From positions 54,360 through 118,359 of the forward strand of contig CAZFUL010000004.1 in NCBI GenBank assembly GCA_964522435.1: a stretch of DNA of 64,000 nucleotides. The letters are read 5' to 3'. A program made the position numbers and the translations under genes. Positions 28,701 to 39,122 of this stretch are shown one piece after another. The notes beneath the pieces were generated by a model that saw only the letters and a program-made list of their open reading frames with translations, searched no databases and was not told the origin of the DNA. Each line of letters starts with the position of its first letter. The stretch's first letter is position 1. The DNA is from an uncultured Gammaproteobacteria bacterium. Its GTDB lineage: Bacteria > Patescibacteriota > Patescibacteriia > Magasanikbacterales > UBA922.

Positions 28701-28997
28701 ATGCGATTTACTATAAAACAGTTAAAAAAAATGACCGTTGAGACATTATCTGGGATTGTCTTAGGAAAAGTAGTAGATGTTGTTATTGATGATGAGGGAC
28801 AGCACATTGTCCAGTATGAAGTAAAAAGAAGTCTAACAACAGTATACCTCATTAGTCGGGATCAAGTGGCTTCGTTTGAGGCAAATAAACTATTTGTCTA
28901 CGATACAGCGCTAGGAAAAGAAGAAAAAAGAAAAATAGCTCCGACCAGTCGCAGAGCAATGGACCCTGCTGCGGCACTCGATACAGACTCTGCCTAG
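28701..28997 (+). CDS. PRC-barrel domain protein
   Basis: VETLSG..LGKVVDVVID pattern. Confidence 0.7.
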   Translation: MRFTIKQLKKMTVETLSGIVLGKVVDVVIDDEGQHIVQYEVKRSLTTVYLISRDQVASFEANKLFVYDTALGKEEKRKIAPTSRRAMDPAAALDTDSA

Positions 28998-29053
28998 TCG
29001 CCTACCCAGGCGACTTTTTTTATTTGTATCGTTGCGCTACACTAGGGGGGTCT

Positions 29054-29986
29054 ATGATCCATCCTCTTGAACAATCTATTATACAAACGCTTGCGTATTT
29101 TTCTCTTTTTTCGTATCCACTGACGAAACGAGAATTGCAGCGCTACTTATTGAACATTGATGCGCAGATGAACGATATTGAGCAGGCGCTTATTTCTTTG
29201 CAGCAGCAACAACAAATTGTTGTAATATCTCAACATATTTGGTTAGCAAAAGAAAAAGATACTCCTCTCCTGGTTCGGCAACAGCGCTTTTGGTACGCAA
29301 AACAACGCCTCGATATTGCCAAACGGGCGGCAAAAAAACTTCGCTATATTCCCTTTATTCAGGCAGTGTTTGTGTGTAATCAATTACACATTACTGCGCA
29401 TAAGGGGAGTGATATTGATGTGTTCATTATTGTGAAGCGCAATCATATATGGATGGCACGTTTGCTTGCAACACTGTGGTTGAGTCTTTTAGGCATGCGT
29501 CGTCATGGCAGTACGATAGATAACCATATTTGTCTGAGTTTTTTTTGTACCGACGATGCGTTAGATATGGCTCGGGTTGCGCTTCCTGATGATATCTATC
29601 TTGCGTATTGGCTTGATATCTTGATTCCGGTGTTTGATCCCGATAGCTATCGAGAAAAAATAATACAAGAAAATGCTTGGGCAAAAAAGATGATACCCAA
29701 ATTAGGCCAGCCCCCACATATTGATACGCAGTGTATTCCTGACACGCGATACGCTGCCGCTATGCGTAGCATAGGAGAAAGGTTTTTGTATAGTTGGATT
29801 GGGAAAAAAATTTCCGCTTATAGTAAATATTTGCAAGTACAAAAAATGAAAAAAAACGTTCATAGCAAGCATGGTCAGACGAGCACCGATGTGGTGATCG
29901 ATGACACCATGTTAAAGTTTCATGAACGAGATCGTCGAGCCTATTATCGTGATGCATGGAAAGCTGTATGTAAGCGCTATGAATAA
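29054..29986 (+). CDS. Hypothetical protein with a nucleotidyltransferase-like motif
   Basis: N-terminal Y.D/S.F.YPLT helical domain; GSDIDVFII; ICLSFF. Confidence 0.6.
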   Translation: MIHPLEQSIIQTLAYFSLFSYPLTKRELQRYLLNIDAQMNDIEQALISLQQQQQIVVISQHIWLAKEKDTPLLVRQQRFWYAKQRLDIAKRAAKKLRYIPFIQAVFVCNQLHITAHKGSDIDVFIIVKRNHIWMARLLATLWLSLLGMRRHGSTIDNHICLSFFCTDDALDMARVALPDDIYLAYWLDILIPVFDPDSYREKIIQENAWAKKMIPKLGQPPHIDTQCIPDTRYAAAMRSIGERFLYSWIGKKISAYSKYLQVQKMKKNVHSKHGQTSTDVVIDDTMLKFHERDRRAYYRDAWKAVCKRYE

Positions 29987-31298
29987 TGAACTTGTTCACA
30001 AAAATATCTATTCTGTTATGGAGCGAATCCTTTTTTATGGATGGCTTCTTTTTTTATTTGTCTTTCCCTGGCAAAGCATTTGGTTATTGCGCGAGGTATA
30101 TAGTGATGGCGTAAAATCGCAATATGCAACGCTCGGCATCTATGCAACCGAAGGAGTGATTGTGCTGTTGTTCATACTTGGCTTGTGTCTTTTTTTTAGC
30201 AAAGCAAACATAATACGATCCAAACGGCTTGGGTACGCTCGCGTTACTATAGTCATGCTCTTTTTCCTCTATGCTGCAATACAGTTAACACGCGCAAGCG
30301 ATCTGTGGCTAAGCGTCCAAACACTGCGGTATATGCTTGAAGCTGCTGCGGTTATATGGATAGGGCTGCATATGCAGCATGAGAAGCAGCAATCGCTTTG
30401 GGCACTCTTCTTTGGAATTCTTTTTTGTGCGATTATCGGTATGGTTCAATTTTTTACTCAAGAACGATTTTCTTCTGTGCTGTTGGGTATGCATGCGGCG
30501 CCTGTTTTTGAGGCAGGAACATCGGTGGTGGTTGATGCGACCGGGCGGTGGTTGCGTGCCTATGGTCTGTTTGCGCACCCAAATATCTTTGGTGGCAGTA
30601 TGGTGCTCGGGCTATTTGTTTGTACGCAGCTGCTCCTCTCCTATACAAAAAAAACAACACAGGGATTCCTCTTATTTGCCGGGGGAATATGTAGTGTTGG
30701 GCTGTACCTGAGTTATAGTCGTAGTGCGTGGCTTGCTGCTATGGTGTTGGGTATTGCTCTCTTGTTGCATATACAGGTACGGGAAAAAATAAAAACGTTG
30801 TTTCTTATCTATTGTGTTGTCTGGGGCATACTGACGGCATTGTTGCCATCCCTTATGCTCACGAGAATGTTTCCTGTGCGTATGCATGAAACAGCGTCAT
30901 TGCACGAACGAATTGCCGGGGGAGAAGAAGCGTTGCACCTCATTGCCCAAGCGCCGGTCTTGGGGGTGGGGATCGGTCACTACACCCAAGCGCTACAACA
31001 ATATATGCCTGATATGCCCATCTGGTATTACCAGCCAGTACATATGGTACCGCTGCTGTTTTTGGCAGAATGGGGGATTGTTGGACTGCTACTTGTTGCG
31101 GCACTGCTTATATATTTCTGTGTTAGTCAAAAAATAACGCAGAAGGTTGCCTGGAGTATGTTGCTTGTGCCTGTTGTTCCTATCATGCTATTTGATCATT
31201 ATTTGTATTCATCTTTTGCAGGGCTATTGCTGCTTTCTTTATGGATATTGCTTGTGCACAGCTATGTCCACAGCTTGTCCCCCTCTAACGCGGAATAG
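29979..31298 (+). CDS. O-antigen ligase / O-oligosaccharyltransferase-like membrane protein
   Basis: Many TMs; RAYGLFAHPN, SYSRSAW, GVGIG, PVH....LAEWG, FDHY. Confidence 0.85.
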   Translation: MNNELVHKNIYSVMERILFYGWLLFLFVFPWQSIWLLREVYSDGVKSQYATLGIYATEGVIVLLFILGLCLFFSKANIIRSKRLGYARVTIVMLFFLYAAIQLTRASDLWLSVQTLRYMLEAAAVIWIGLHMQHEKQQSLWALFFGILFCAIIGMVQFFTQERFSSVLLGMHAAPVFEAGTSVVVDATGRWLRAYGLFAHPNIFGGSMVLGLFVCTQLLLSYTKKTTQGFLLFAGGICSVGLYLSYSRSAWLAAMVLGIALLLHIQVREKIKTLFLIYCVVWGILTALLPSLMLTRMFPVRMHETASLHERIAGGEEALHLIAQAPVLGVGIGHYTQALQQYMPDMPIWYYQPVHMVPLLFLAEWGIVGLLLVAALLIYFCVSQKITQKVAWSMLLVPVVPIMLFDHYLYSSFAGLLLLSLWILLVHSYVHSLSPSNAE

Positions 31299-31312
31299 CT
31301 TCTTTTTGTTCA

Positions 31313-31341
31313 TTGACAAAGAGCTGTTTCCATGAAAAAAT
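31313..31341 (+). promoter_or_regulatory. Promoter-like site upstream of the long hairpin
   Basis: TTGACA-N17-(TGa)AAAAAT, the same form as the groES promoter. Confidence 0.5.
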
Positions 31342-31353
31342 ACATACCTACAG

Positions 31354-31474
31354 AAAAAGCCCAACGGCGGCAGTAAACACATCTGTTTGTCATTTGATAT
31401 CGTGTTTTCGACAGGCATCACGGTATCTTGTAATGAGCGGCATGATGAGTTTACCGCCACCATTGGGCTTTTTT
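31354..31474. ncRNA. Candidate structured non-coding RNA (long imperfect hairpin), class unknown
   Basis: ~120-nt rod with a ~26-bp closing stem AAAAAGCCCAA.../...TTGGGCTTTTT and nested stems. Confidence 0.5.
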
Positions 31475-31491
31475 GTTCACAAAAGAAGCAC

Positions 31492-31520
31492 TTGACAAGA
31501 AGACAACAGTTTGCAAAAAT
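31492..31520 (+). promoter_or_regulatory. groESL promoter
   Basis: TTGACA-N17-(TGc)AAAAAT. Confidence 0.6.
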
Positions 31521-31530
31521 AGGGGTGATC

Positions 31531-31555
31531 TATCACTCTCATGTGTAGAGTGATA
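31531..31555. promoter_or_regulatory. Variant CIRCE (HrcA operator)
   Basis: TATCACTC-N9-GAGTGATA directly upstream of groES; consensus is TTAGCACTC-N9-GAGTGCTAA. Confidence 0.75.
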
Positions 31556-31587
31556 CTACATATATTATTCATTAACCTAAGTATTAT

Positions 31588-33560
<1,973 letters not shown>

Positions 33561-33573
33561 TTCTCTTTTGTAT

Positions 33574-33601
33574 AAAAAACCCCGACTCAATCGGGGTTTT
33601 T
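33574..33601 (+). terminator. Intrinsic terminator after groEL
   Basis: AAAAAACCCCGA-ctcaa-TCGGGGTTTTT. Confidence 0.88.
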
Positions 33602-33641
33602 AGTTGCAGGAATTTATTAATTCTGTATACTGATACCTACT

Positions 33642-34754
33642 ATGACCTTTCACGAACTGCGTGATGGAGTTGATCGTATCCTCACCCAAATACAAGAATT
33701 AGAGCGGTTGTTACGTATTGCTCAAAAAAAAGAAACCATAGCGCAGCTTGTTGAACAAAGCGGAATGCCTTCTTTTTGGAATAATCCAGAAGAAGCCAAG
33801 CGTCAGTCACAGGTATTAAATGGACTCCAAACAACCGTACAGCGCTGGGAAACCATGGTAGCGGATGCACAAGATATTGATGGTTTTTTGACACTAGAAG
33901 GCGAGAGTATGTCTGAGGATGTACAAATGCAACTAAGTAAACAATATCAAGATCTTCAACAACGGTATGATGACTTATCGTTTCAAACGCTCTTGTCTGG
34001 AAAATATGATGATCACAATGCCATTGTGAGTATTCATGCAGGTGCGGGGGGAACCGAAGCGCAAGATTGGGCAAGTATGTTGTTGCGGATGATTATGCGC
34101 TATAGTGAATCAAAAGGCTGGCGAGTGACCTTATTAGACGAATCTAAAGGACAAGAAGCAGGAATAAAATCAGTGACGCTTCGTATAGAAGGATCCTATG
34201 CCTACGGCTATATACAGTCTGAACATGGGACGCATCGCCTGGTACGTATTTCTCCGTTTGATGCAGAGTCTATGCGGCACACCTCGTTTGCGAATATTGA
34301 AGTCATTCCAGAAATGGAAGCGCAGGAAGCTGTCACCATTGATCCAAAAGATGTACGTATTGATACCTTTTTAGCCAGTGGAAAAGGGGGACAAAGTGTT
34401 AACACCACCTATTCCGCGGTGCGCGTCGTGCATCTTCCAACCGGTATTGCCGTTTCTTGTCAAAACGAACGCTCGCAGCAACAAAATAAAGAAACCGCAT
34501 TTAAAATTTTGCAATCTAAGTTACAAGTCCTCCAGGATCAAGAAGAAGAAAAACAACGACAACAATTACGTGGCGAAGTAAAAAGTGCTGAATGGGGAAA
34601 CCAAATTCGCTCCTATGTCTTGCATCCCTATAAAATGGTGAAAGATCTTCGCACAAAAAAAGAAAGTACGAATCCGGAAGAGGTATTAAACGGAGAATTA
34701 GATGATTTTATGAGAGCATATTTACGCTGGAAAAAAGAAGGCCAAATAACCTAA
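33642..34754 (+). CDS. prfB: Peptide chain release factor 2 (continuous ORF, no frameshift)
   Basis: GAGGTEAQDWA, SPF tripeptide (RISPFD), GGQ, WGNQIRSYV. Confidence 0.97.
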   Translation: MTFHELRDGVDRILTQIQELERLLRIAQKKETIAQLVEQSGMPSFWNNPEEAKRQSQVLNGLQTTVQRWETMVADAQDIDGFLTLEGESMSEDVQMQLSKQYQDLQQRYDDLSFQTLLSGKYDDHNAIVSIHAGAGGTEAQDWASMLLRMIMRYSESKGWRVTLLDESKGQEAGIKSVTLRIEGSYAYGYIQSEHGTHRLVRISPFDAESMRHTSFANIEVIPEMEAQEAVTIDPKDVRIDTFLASGKGGQSVNTTYSAVRVVHLPTGIAVSCQNERSQQQNKETAFKILQSKLQVLQDQEEEKQRQQLRGEVKSAEWGNQIRSYVLHPYKMVKDLRTKKESTNPEEVLNGELDDFMRAYLRWKKEGQIT

Positions 34755-34756
34755 CT

Positions 34757-35368
34757 ATGAACATTATTTCTGAACAAGCATATTCCTTGCCGGCAATTCT
34801 TACGGCAATACAAGAAGGCAAAACCATTGTCTATCCAACAGAAACCTGTTATGGATTAGGTTGTGATGCGACAAATGCGGCAGCCGTACAACAGGTTTTT
34901 GCCATTAAACAACGACAAAAAGAAAAATCGGTTCTTATGCTTATGGAAGATATTGCTATGGCAACAGACTATGTGATGTGGAATGACACCTTACAAAAGT
35001 TTGCTCGCCGTTATTGGCCAGGACCAGTGACCTTTGTTGCGTATAAACGCGAGGACGTGTGGTTGCCAGAAGGGGTTATTGGTGCTGATGATACCTTGGC
35101 ATTTCGAGTATCGAGTCATGGGGTTCCCACGGCGATTGTTAGCGCCCTCAAACGTCCACTTGTATCGACCTCGGCAAATATTGCATCGCACGCGAGTCCG
35201 TATGATGTGGAAACCATTATTCATGACTTTCAAGATCAGACCGCACAGCCGGATATTATTATTGATGCGGGAGCGCTTCCAGAACAAATGCCCTCTACCA
35301 TTGTGCGTGTAGAAGAAAGTGGTGAATGGGAAATTATGCGTCAAGGATCAGTAATTATTACGGAATAA
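34757..35368 (+). CDS. tsaC: L-threonylcarbamoyladenylate synthase
   Basis: YPTETCYGLGC, K.R, WPGP.T, STSAN, PSTIV. Confidence 0.93.
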   Translation: MNIISEQAYSLPAILTAIQEGKTIVYPTETCYGLGCDATNAAAVQQVFAIKQRQKEKSVLMLMEDIAMATDYVMWNDTLQKFARRYWPGPVTFVAYKREDVWLPEGVIGADDTLAFRVSSHGVPTAIVSALKRPLVSTSANIASHASPYDVETIIHDFQDQTAQPDIIIDAGALPEQMPSTIVRVEESGEWEIMRQGSVIITE

Positions 35369-35380
35369 CTATTAGCTGCT

Positions 35381-36535
35381 ATGCGTCGTCCTGTTTCATC
35401 TGCGTTTATCTGGAGTATGTGTATTGCGGTAAGCATCACCGCTGCAGGGCTTATTTGTATATGGCAGTACGGAACAGAACAAGCAATAGAAGCAACAACC
35501 ACACAACTGCTGATACAAGAAGAAGCATTTGTACGACAGATAACACAACAAGAATCATTGTTGTGGCATGCGCAAACTCCTCCGGTAATAAAAGGAATCT
35601 ATTTGACAGCATACTCTGCAGGGAGTGCGGCAAAAAGAAAAGAAATGATTGAGTTGATTAGTACGACAGAATTAAATGCCGTGGTGATTGATATAAAAGA
35701 TTATAGTGGTGCGATATTATATGATAGCGACATTGCCCTGGTAGAAGAAATAGGCGCCGAGGATAATAGATTAGGCGACATTGCTAACGTGATTGCTGAA
35801 TTTCATGATGCGGGAATGTATGTGATTGCCAGACAAACCGTGTTTCAAGATCCGTTATTGGCACAAAAAAAACCCGAATGGGCGTTACAACAACTGGGTG
35901 GTGGTCTATGGAGAGATTATAAAGGATTAGCCTGGGTTGATCCCAATGAACAAGCCGTGTGGGAATACAATATGGCCATAGCAACAGAAGCCGCATCTCT
36001 TGGCTTTGATGAAATTAATTTGGATTATGTTCGCTTTCCCTCAGATGGCAATACCAGCCAAATTGTGTACACGCATACAGGGGAGAAACATGATGTGATG
36101 AAGGCATTTTATACCTATGTAGGCGATACCTTTGATTCGTTACAGGCCTGGGTTTCCTTAGATCTTTTTGGTTTTGTGATGGAACGCCATGATGGTATGA
36201 ATATCGGGCAGCGCTTAGAAGATGCGGTTGATACGGTTGATTATATTTCTCCGATGATGTATCCCTCTCATTATCCCTCAGGCCATTTAGGACTAGATAA
36301 TCCTGCTGCCGCACCATTTGTGGTTATTGATAATGGCATGCAAAAAGGGTTGCCCTATTTTGTTGATCGTCGGGCACAAGTGCGACCATGGATTCAAGCC
36401 TTTCATTTAGGGGCTCGGTATGATGCCGCAAATATTCGGGCACAAATTGATGCAATTGAACAGTATGATAATGCGGGTTGGTTGTTGTGGAATGCCTCTA
36501 ATCGCTATAGTAACGCAGGATTATTGCAAGAATAA
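35381..36535 (+). CDS. Membrane-anchored putative glycoside hydrolase (DUF4015-like TIM barrel)
   Basis: KGIYLT, NAVVIDIKD, GFDEINLDYVRFP, SPMMYPSHY, RPWIQAF, LWNA.N.Y. Confidence 0.82.
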   Translation: MRRPVSSAFIWSMCIAVSITAAGLICIWQYGTEQAIEATTTQLLIQEEAFVRQITQQESLLWHAQTPPVIKGIYLTAYSAGSAAKRKEMIELISTTELNAVVIDIKDYSGAILYDSDIALVEEIGAEDNRLGDIANVIAEFHDAGMYVIARQTVFQDPLLAQKKPEWALQQLGGGLWRDYKGLAWVDPNEQAVWEYNMAIATEAASLGFDEINLDYVRFPSDGNTSQIVYTHTGEKHDVMKAFYTYVGDTFDSLQAWVSLDLFGFVMERHDGMNIGQRLEDAVDTVDYISPMMYPSHYPSGHLGLDNPAAAPFVVIDNGMQKGLPYFVDRRAQVRPWIQAFHLGARYDAANIRAQIDAIEQYDNAGWLLWNASNRYSNAGLLQE

Positions 36536-36538
36536 CCT

Positions 36539-37369
36539 ATGGTATATACCCCAAGTACATTAAAAGAATTGTGTCAACGCTATGGGTTTTCTCCTTCAAA
36601 AGCCTATGGGCAAAATTATTTAATTTCAGAAAAACCCATAACCGCCATGATTGCCGCGGCCAATATTCAAAAAGAAGATGTTGTTATAGAAATTGGTCCT
36701 GGCTTTGGCATGCTTACGCACGCGCTTGCGCCGGTAGCAAAAAAAGTGATTTGTTTTGAAATAGAAAAACAATTGCAGCCATATTGGGATGAACATGCGC
36801 CAACCAATGTAGACATTATTTGGGGAAATGCTTTGCATCATCTCGCAAGCATAACGAAGGAGCTACAACGCTATAAAGTGGTCGCCAATGTTCCGTACCA
36901 AATTACGTCCCAGTTACTGCGTGTCTTGCTAGAATTAGATAATCCACCAGAAGATATTGTGGTTATGGTGCAAAAAGAAGTGGCAGAGAGAATGTGCGAT
37001 GCCCCTGGGTCTATGAGCATGCTGGCGGTGTCTGTGCAATATTATGGCGCTGTATCGGTAGTGATGAATGTCACCAAAGGAAATTTTTGGCCAATGCCAA
37101 AAGTGCATTCTGCGGTTGTTCATATTAAGATAAAAAAATCTGACTATACCAAAGAGCAAGAAGCGGCATTTTTTCGTCTGGTAAAAGTAGGATTCTCAAA
37201 TAAAAGAAAACAATTGCGCCACAATATTATGCATGCCTATCCTATTGATGATACGACTCTTCGAAAGATCCTTCATGATATTTCTGGATCAGATATGGTT
37301 CGTGCCCAAGAACTATCGATTGATCAATGGAAACAACTAACAAGCGCTCTTCAGCCATATCACCAATAA
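36539..37369 (+). CDS. rsmA: 16S rRNA dimethyladenosine transferase
   Basis: GQNYL, EIGPGFG, ANVPYQITS, MVQKEVAER, P.PKVHS. Confidence 0.95.
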   Translation: MVYTPSTLKELCQRYGFSPSKAYGQNYLISEKPITAMIAAANIQKEDVVIEIGPGFGMLTHALAPVAKKVICFEIEKQLQPYWDEHAPTNVDIIWGNALHHLASITKELQRYKVVANVPYQITSQLLRVLLELDNPPEDIVVMVQKEVAERMCDAPGSMSMLAVSVQYYGAVSVVMNVTKGNFWPMPKVHSAVVHIKIKKSDYTKEQEAAFFRLVKVGFSNKRKQLRHNIMHAYPIDDTTLRKILHDISGSDMVRAQELSIDQWKQLTSALQPYHQ

Positions 37370-37370
37370 T

Positions 37371-38258
37371 ATGTCTCTACAATATATTTTTTATTACGGC
37401 AGTTATCTGGTTTGGCCATTTCTTCTTTTATTATTGTGGCTTTGGAAAAAAAGATGGCATCGTTTGTTGCTCATCATTGGGTTGTGTTTAAGTATCTTGT
37501 TCATTGATGCGCGTTTTGTTGAGCCTCGCCTCATACAAATCAATGAGCACAGCTATCGTTTTCATGATACGGCAACAACCGCTCTTCGTGTGGCACTTAT
37601 ATCAGATATGCACATAGGGGTATATCGATCTTCGGCTTTTTTACAAAAAGAAATCGAAACAATTCAGGAACTGCAACCAGATATGGTGTTTATTGCAGGG
37701 GATTTTATTTATTATTTATCTGAAAAAGATGTGAGCACTGTTTTTTCTGCCTATCGGGAGTTGGGCATTCCTATATATGCCGTAGCAGGCAATCATGATT
37801 CACAACATCCTGGAGATATTGCGAGTGCTGTTATGCGAGAGCGGTTATCTGCGCAGGGGATTACCTTTATTGATAATACACAACAGACGATTACTCATGA
37901 AGGAAAAGAGCTGAGCATATTTGGTTTAAGTGATTTATGGGAAGGCACGATTGATTTTTCGGCACTCAGCGCAGTGGAAGAATCAGAAAATAGTTTAGTC
38001 CTCATGCATAACCCTGACACCATATATCATTTTCCCACAGAGTCAGCTGACCTCGTGTTTGCTGGCCATACCCATGCGGGACAAGTGCGTATTCCATGGC
38101 TCTATCGTTTTGTTATTCCGAGTCAGTATGGATTTGATAACGGATGGTACGAAGTAAAACATATGGATTTGTTTATTACTGCCGGGACGGGTATGGTTGG
38201 GATACCCCTGAGATTTTTGAATCCGCCACAAATAGAGCTATTTACCTTGTGGTTGTAG
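37371..38258 (+). CDS. Membrane-anchored calcineurin-like metallophosphoesterase
   Basis: SDMH, AGD, GNHD, HNPD, GHTHAGQ motifs. Confidence 0.9.
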   Translation: MSLQYIFYYGSYLVWPFLLLLLWLWKKRWHRLLLIIGLCLSILFIDARFVEPRLIQINEHSYRFHDTATTALRVALISDMHIGVYRSSAFLQKEIETIQELQPDMVFIAGDFIYYLSEKDVSTVFSAYRELGIPIYAVAGNHDSQHPGDIASAVMRERLSAQGITFIDNTQQTITHEGKELSIFGLSDLWEGTIDFSALSAVEESENSLVLMHNPDTIYHFPTESADLVFAGHTHAGQVRIPWLYRFVIPSQYGFDNGWYEVKHMDLFITAGTGMVGIPLRFLNPPQIELFTLWL

Positions 38259-38279
38259 TTGACCTTTTTGTCTATGACT

Positions 38280-38314
38280 AAAAAACCTATGCCGCTACCT
38301 GCGTAGGTTTTTTT
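38280..38314 (+). terminator. Probable intrinsic terminator
   Basis: AAAAACCTATGC...GCGTAGGTTTTTTT. Confidence 0.7.
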
Positions 38315-38397
38315 ATACAAAGTAAATTGTTCACACGTACCATAATTGTTGGTCTGACAAATTTCTGGTATACTACCAAGGATATTATTTTCTCATT

Positions 38398-39105
38398 ATG
38401 GATGAGGTTACGCGTTCGACCACACCACTGAGCACGCATCAAAAAGCAGGCTTTGTGCTCTTGCTTGTTTTTGGTTTATTGGCTGTTGGATTAGGAGCCT
38501 TACAAATGAGAAATACGATTTATAGTCCCTTTGCCTATAAATCACCAACTACGATCGCGCGTACCACAGAGGATTTATTACAAGATGAAACAATTCGATT
38601 ACAATCAATTGATACGGATCAAGATGGTCTGAGTGATTATGAAGAATTGTATTTTTATCAAACCAGTCCGTATATTCCCGATACAGATTCTGATGGCATA
38701 TCAGATAAAGCCGAATTAGATGCCTCAAGTGACCCTACTTGTCCGCAAGGAGCGGTGTGTGATGGCTCGGATCAATTTTTTACCTCACAAGCAAGTAGTA
38801 CCGCAACAACTCCTATGGGGATTCCAAGCGGGTTAGGGGCTGATGGTATTTTGCGCCAAGTAGATACGAGTATTGCGCAAGGTCAAGAAGTAGATTTGGG
38901 TGCGTTGCTTGGCAATGTTGACGCGGTACGAGAAATTATTGCGCAAACAGGAAAAATTCCCAAAGAACAATTAGACCAAATTGATGATCAAACATTATTG
39001 AATTTGGTTATTGAAATAATGGCAGAAGAAGAGACGTCACCGGCTGTCCCATTGCCGACAGAGGAAGCGTCTGCGTCAACAACGTTTGACACAACACTGC
39101 CTTGA
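38398..39105 (+). CDS. Membrane-anchored protein with DxDxDG (TSP3-like) Ca-binding repeats
   Basis: N-terminal TM; DTDQDGLSDYEE and DTDSDGISD; CPQGAVC. Confidence 0.75.
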   Translation: MDEVTRSTTPLSTHQKAGFVLLLVFGLLAVGLGALQMRNTIYSPFAYKSPTTIARTTEDLLQDETIRLQSIDTDQDGLSDYEELYFYQTSPYIPDTDSDGISDKAELDASSDPTCPQGAVCDGSDQFFTSQASSTATTPMGIPSGLGADGILRQVDTSIAQGQEVDLGALLGNVDAVREIIAQTGKIPKEQLDQIDDQTLLNLVIEIMAEEETSPAVPLPTEEASASTTFDTTLP

Positions 39106-39122
39106 TATTATCTAGCTACTTT

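Noticed and set aside
31354-31474. SRP (4.5S) RNA or a small protein (ORFs 31313-31495 and 31239-31463)
   Set aside because: No SRP domain IV CAGG/GGAA/AGCAG motif on either strand; the ORFs have no recognisable features
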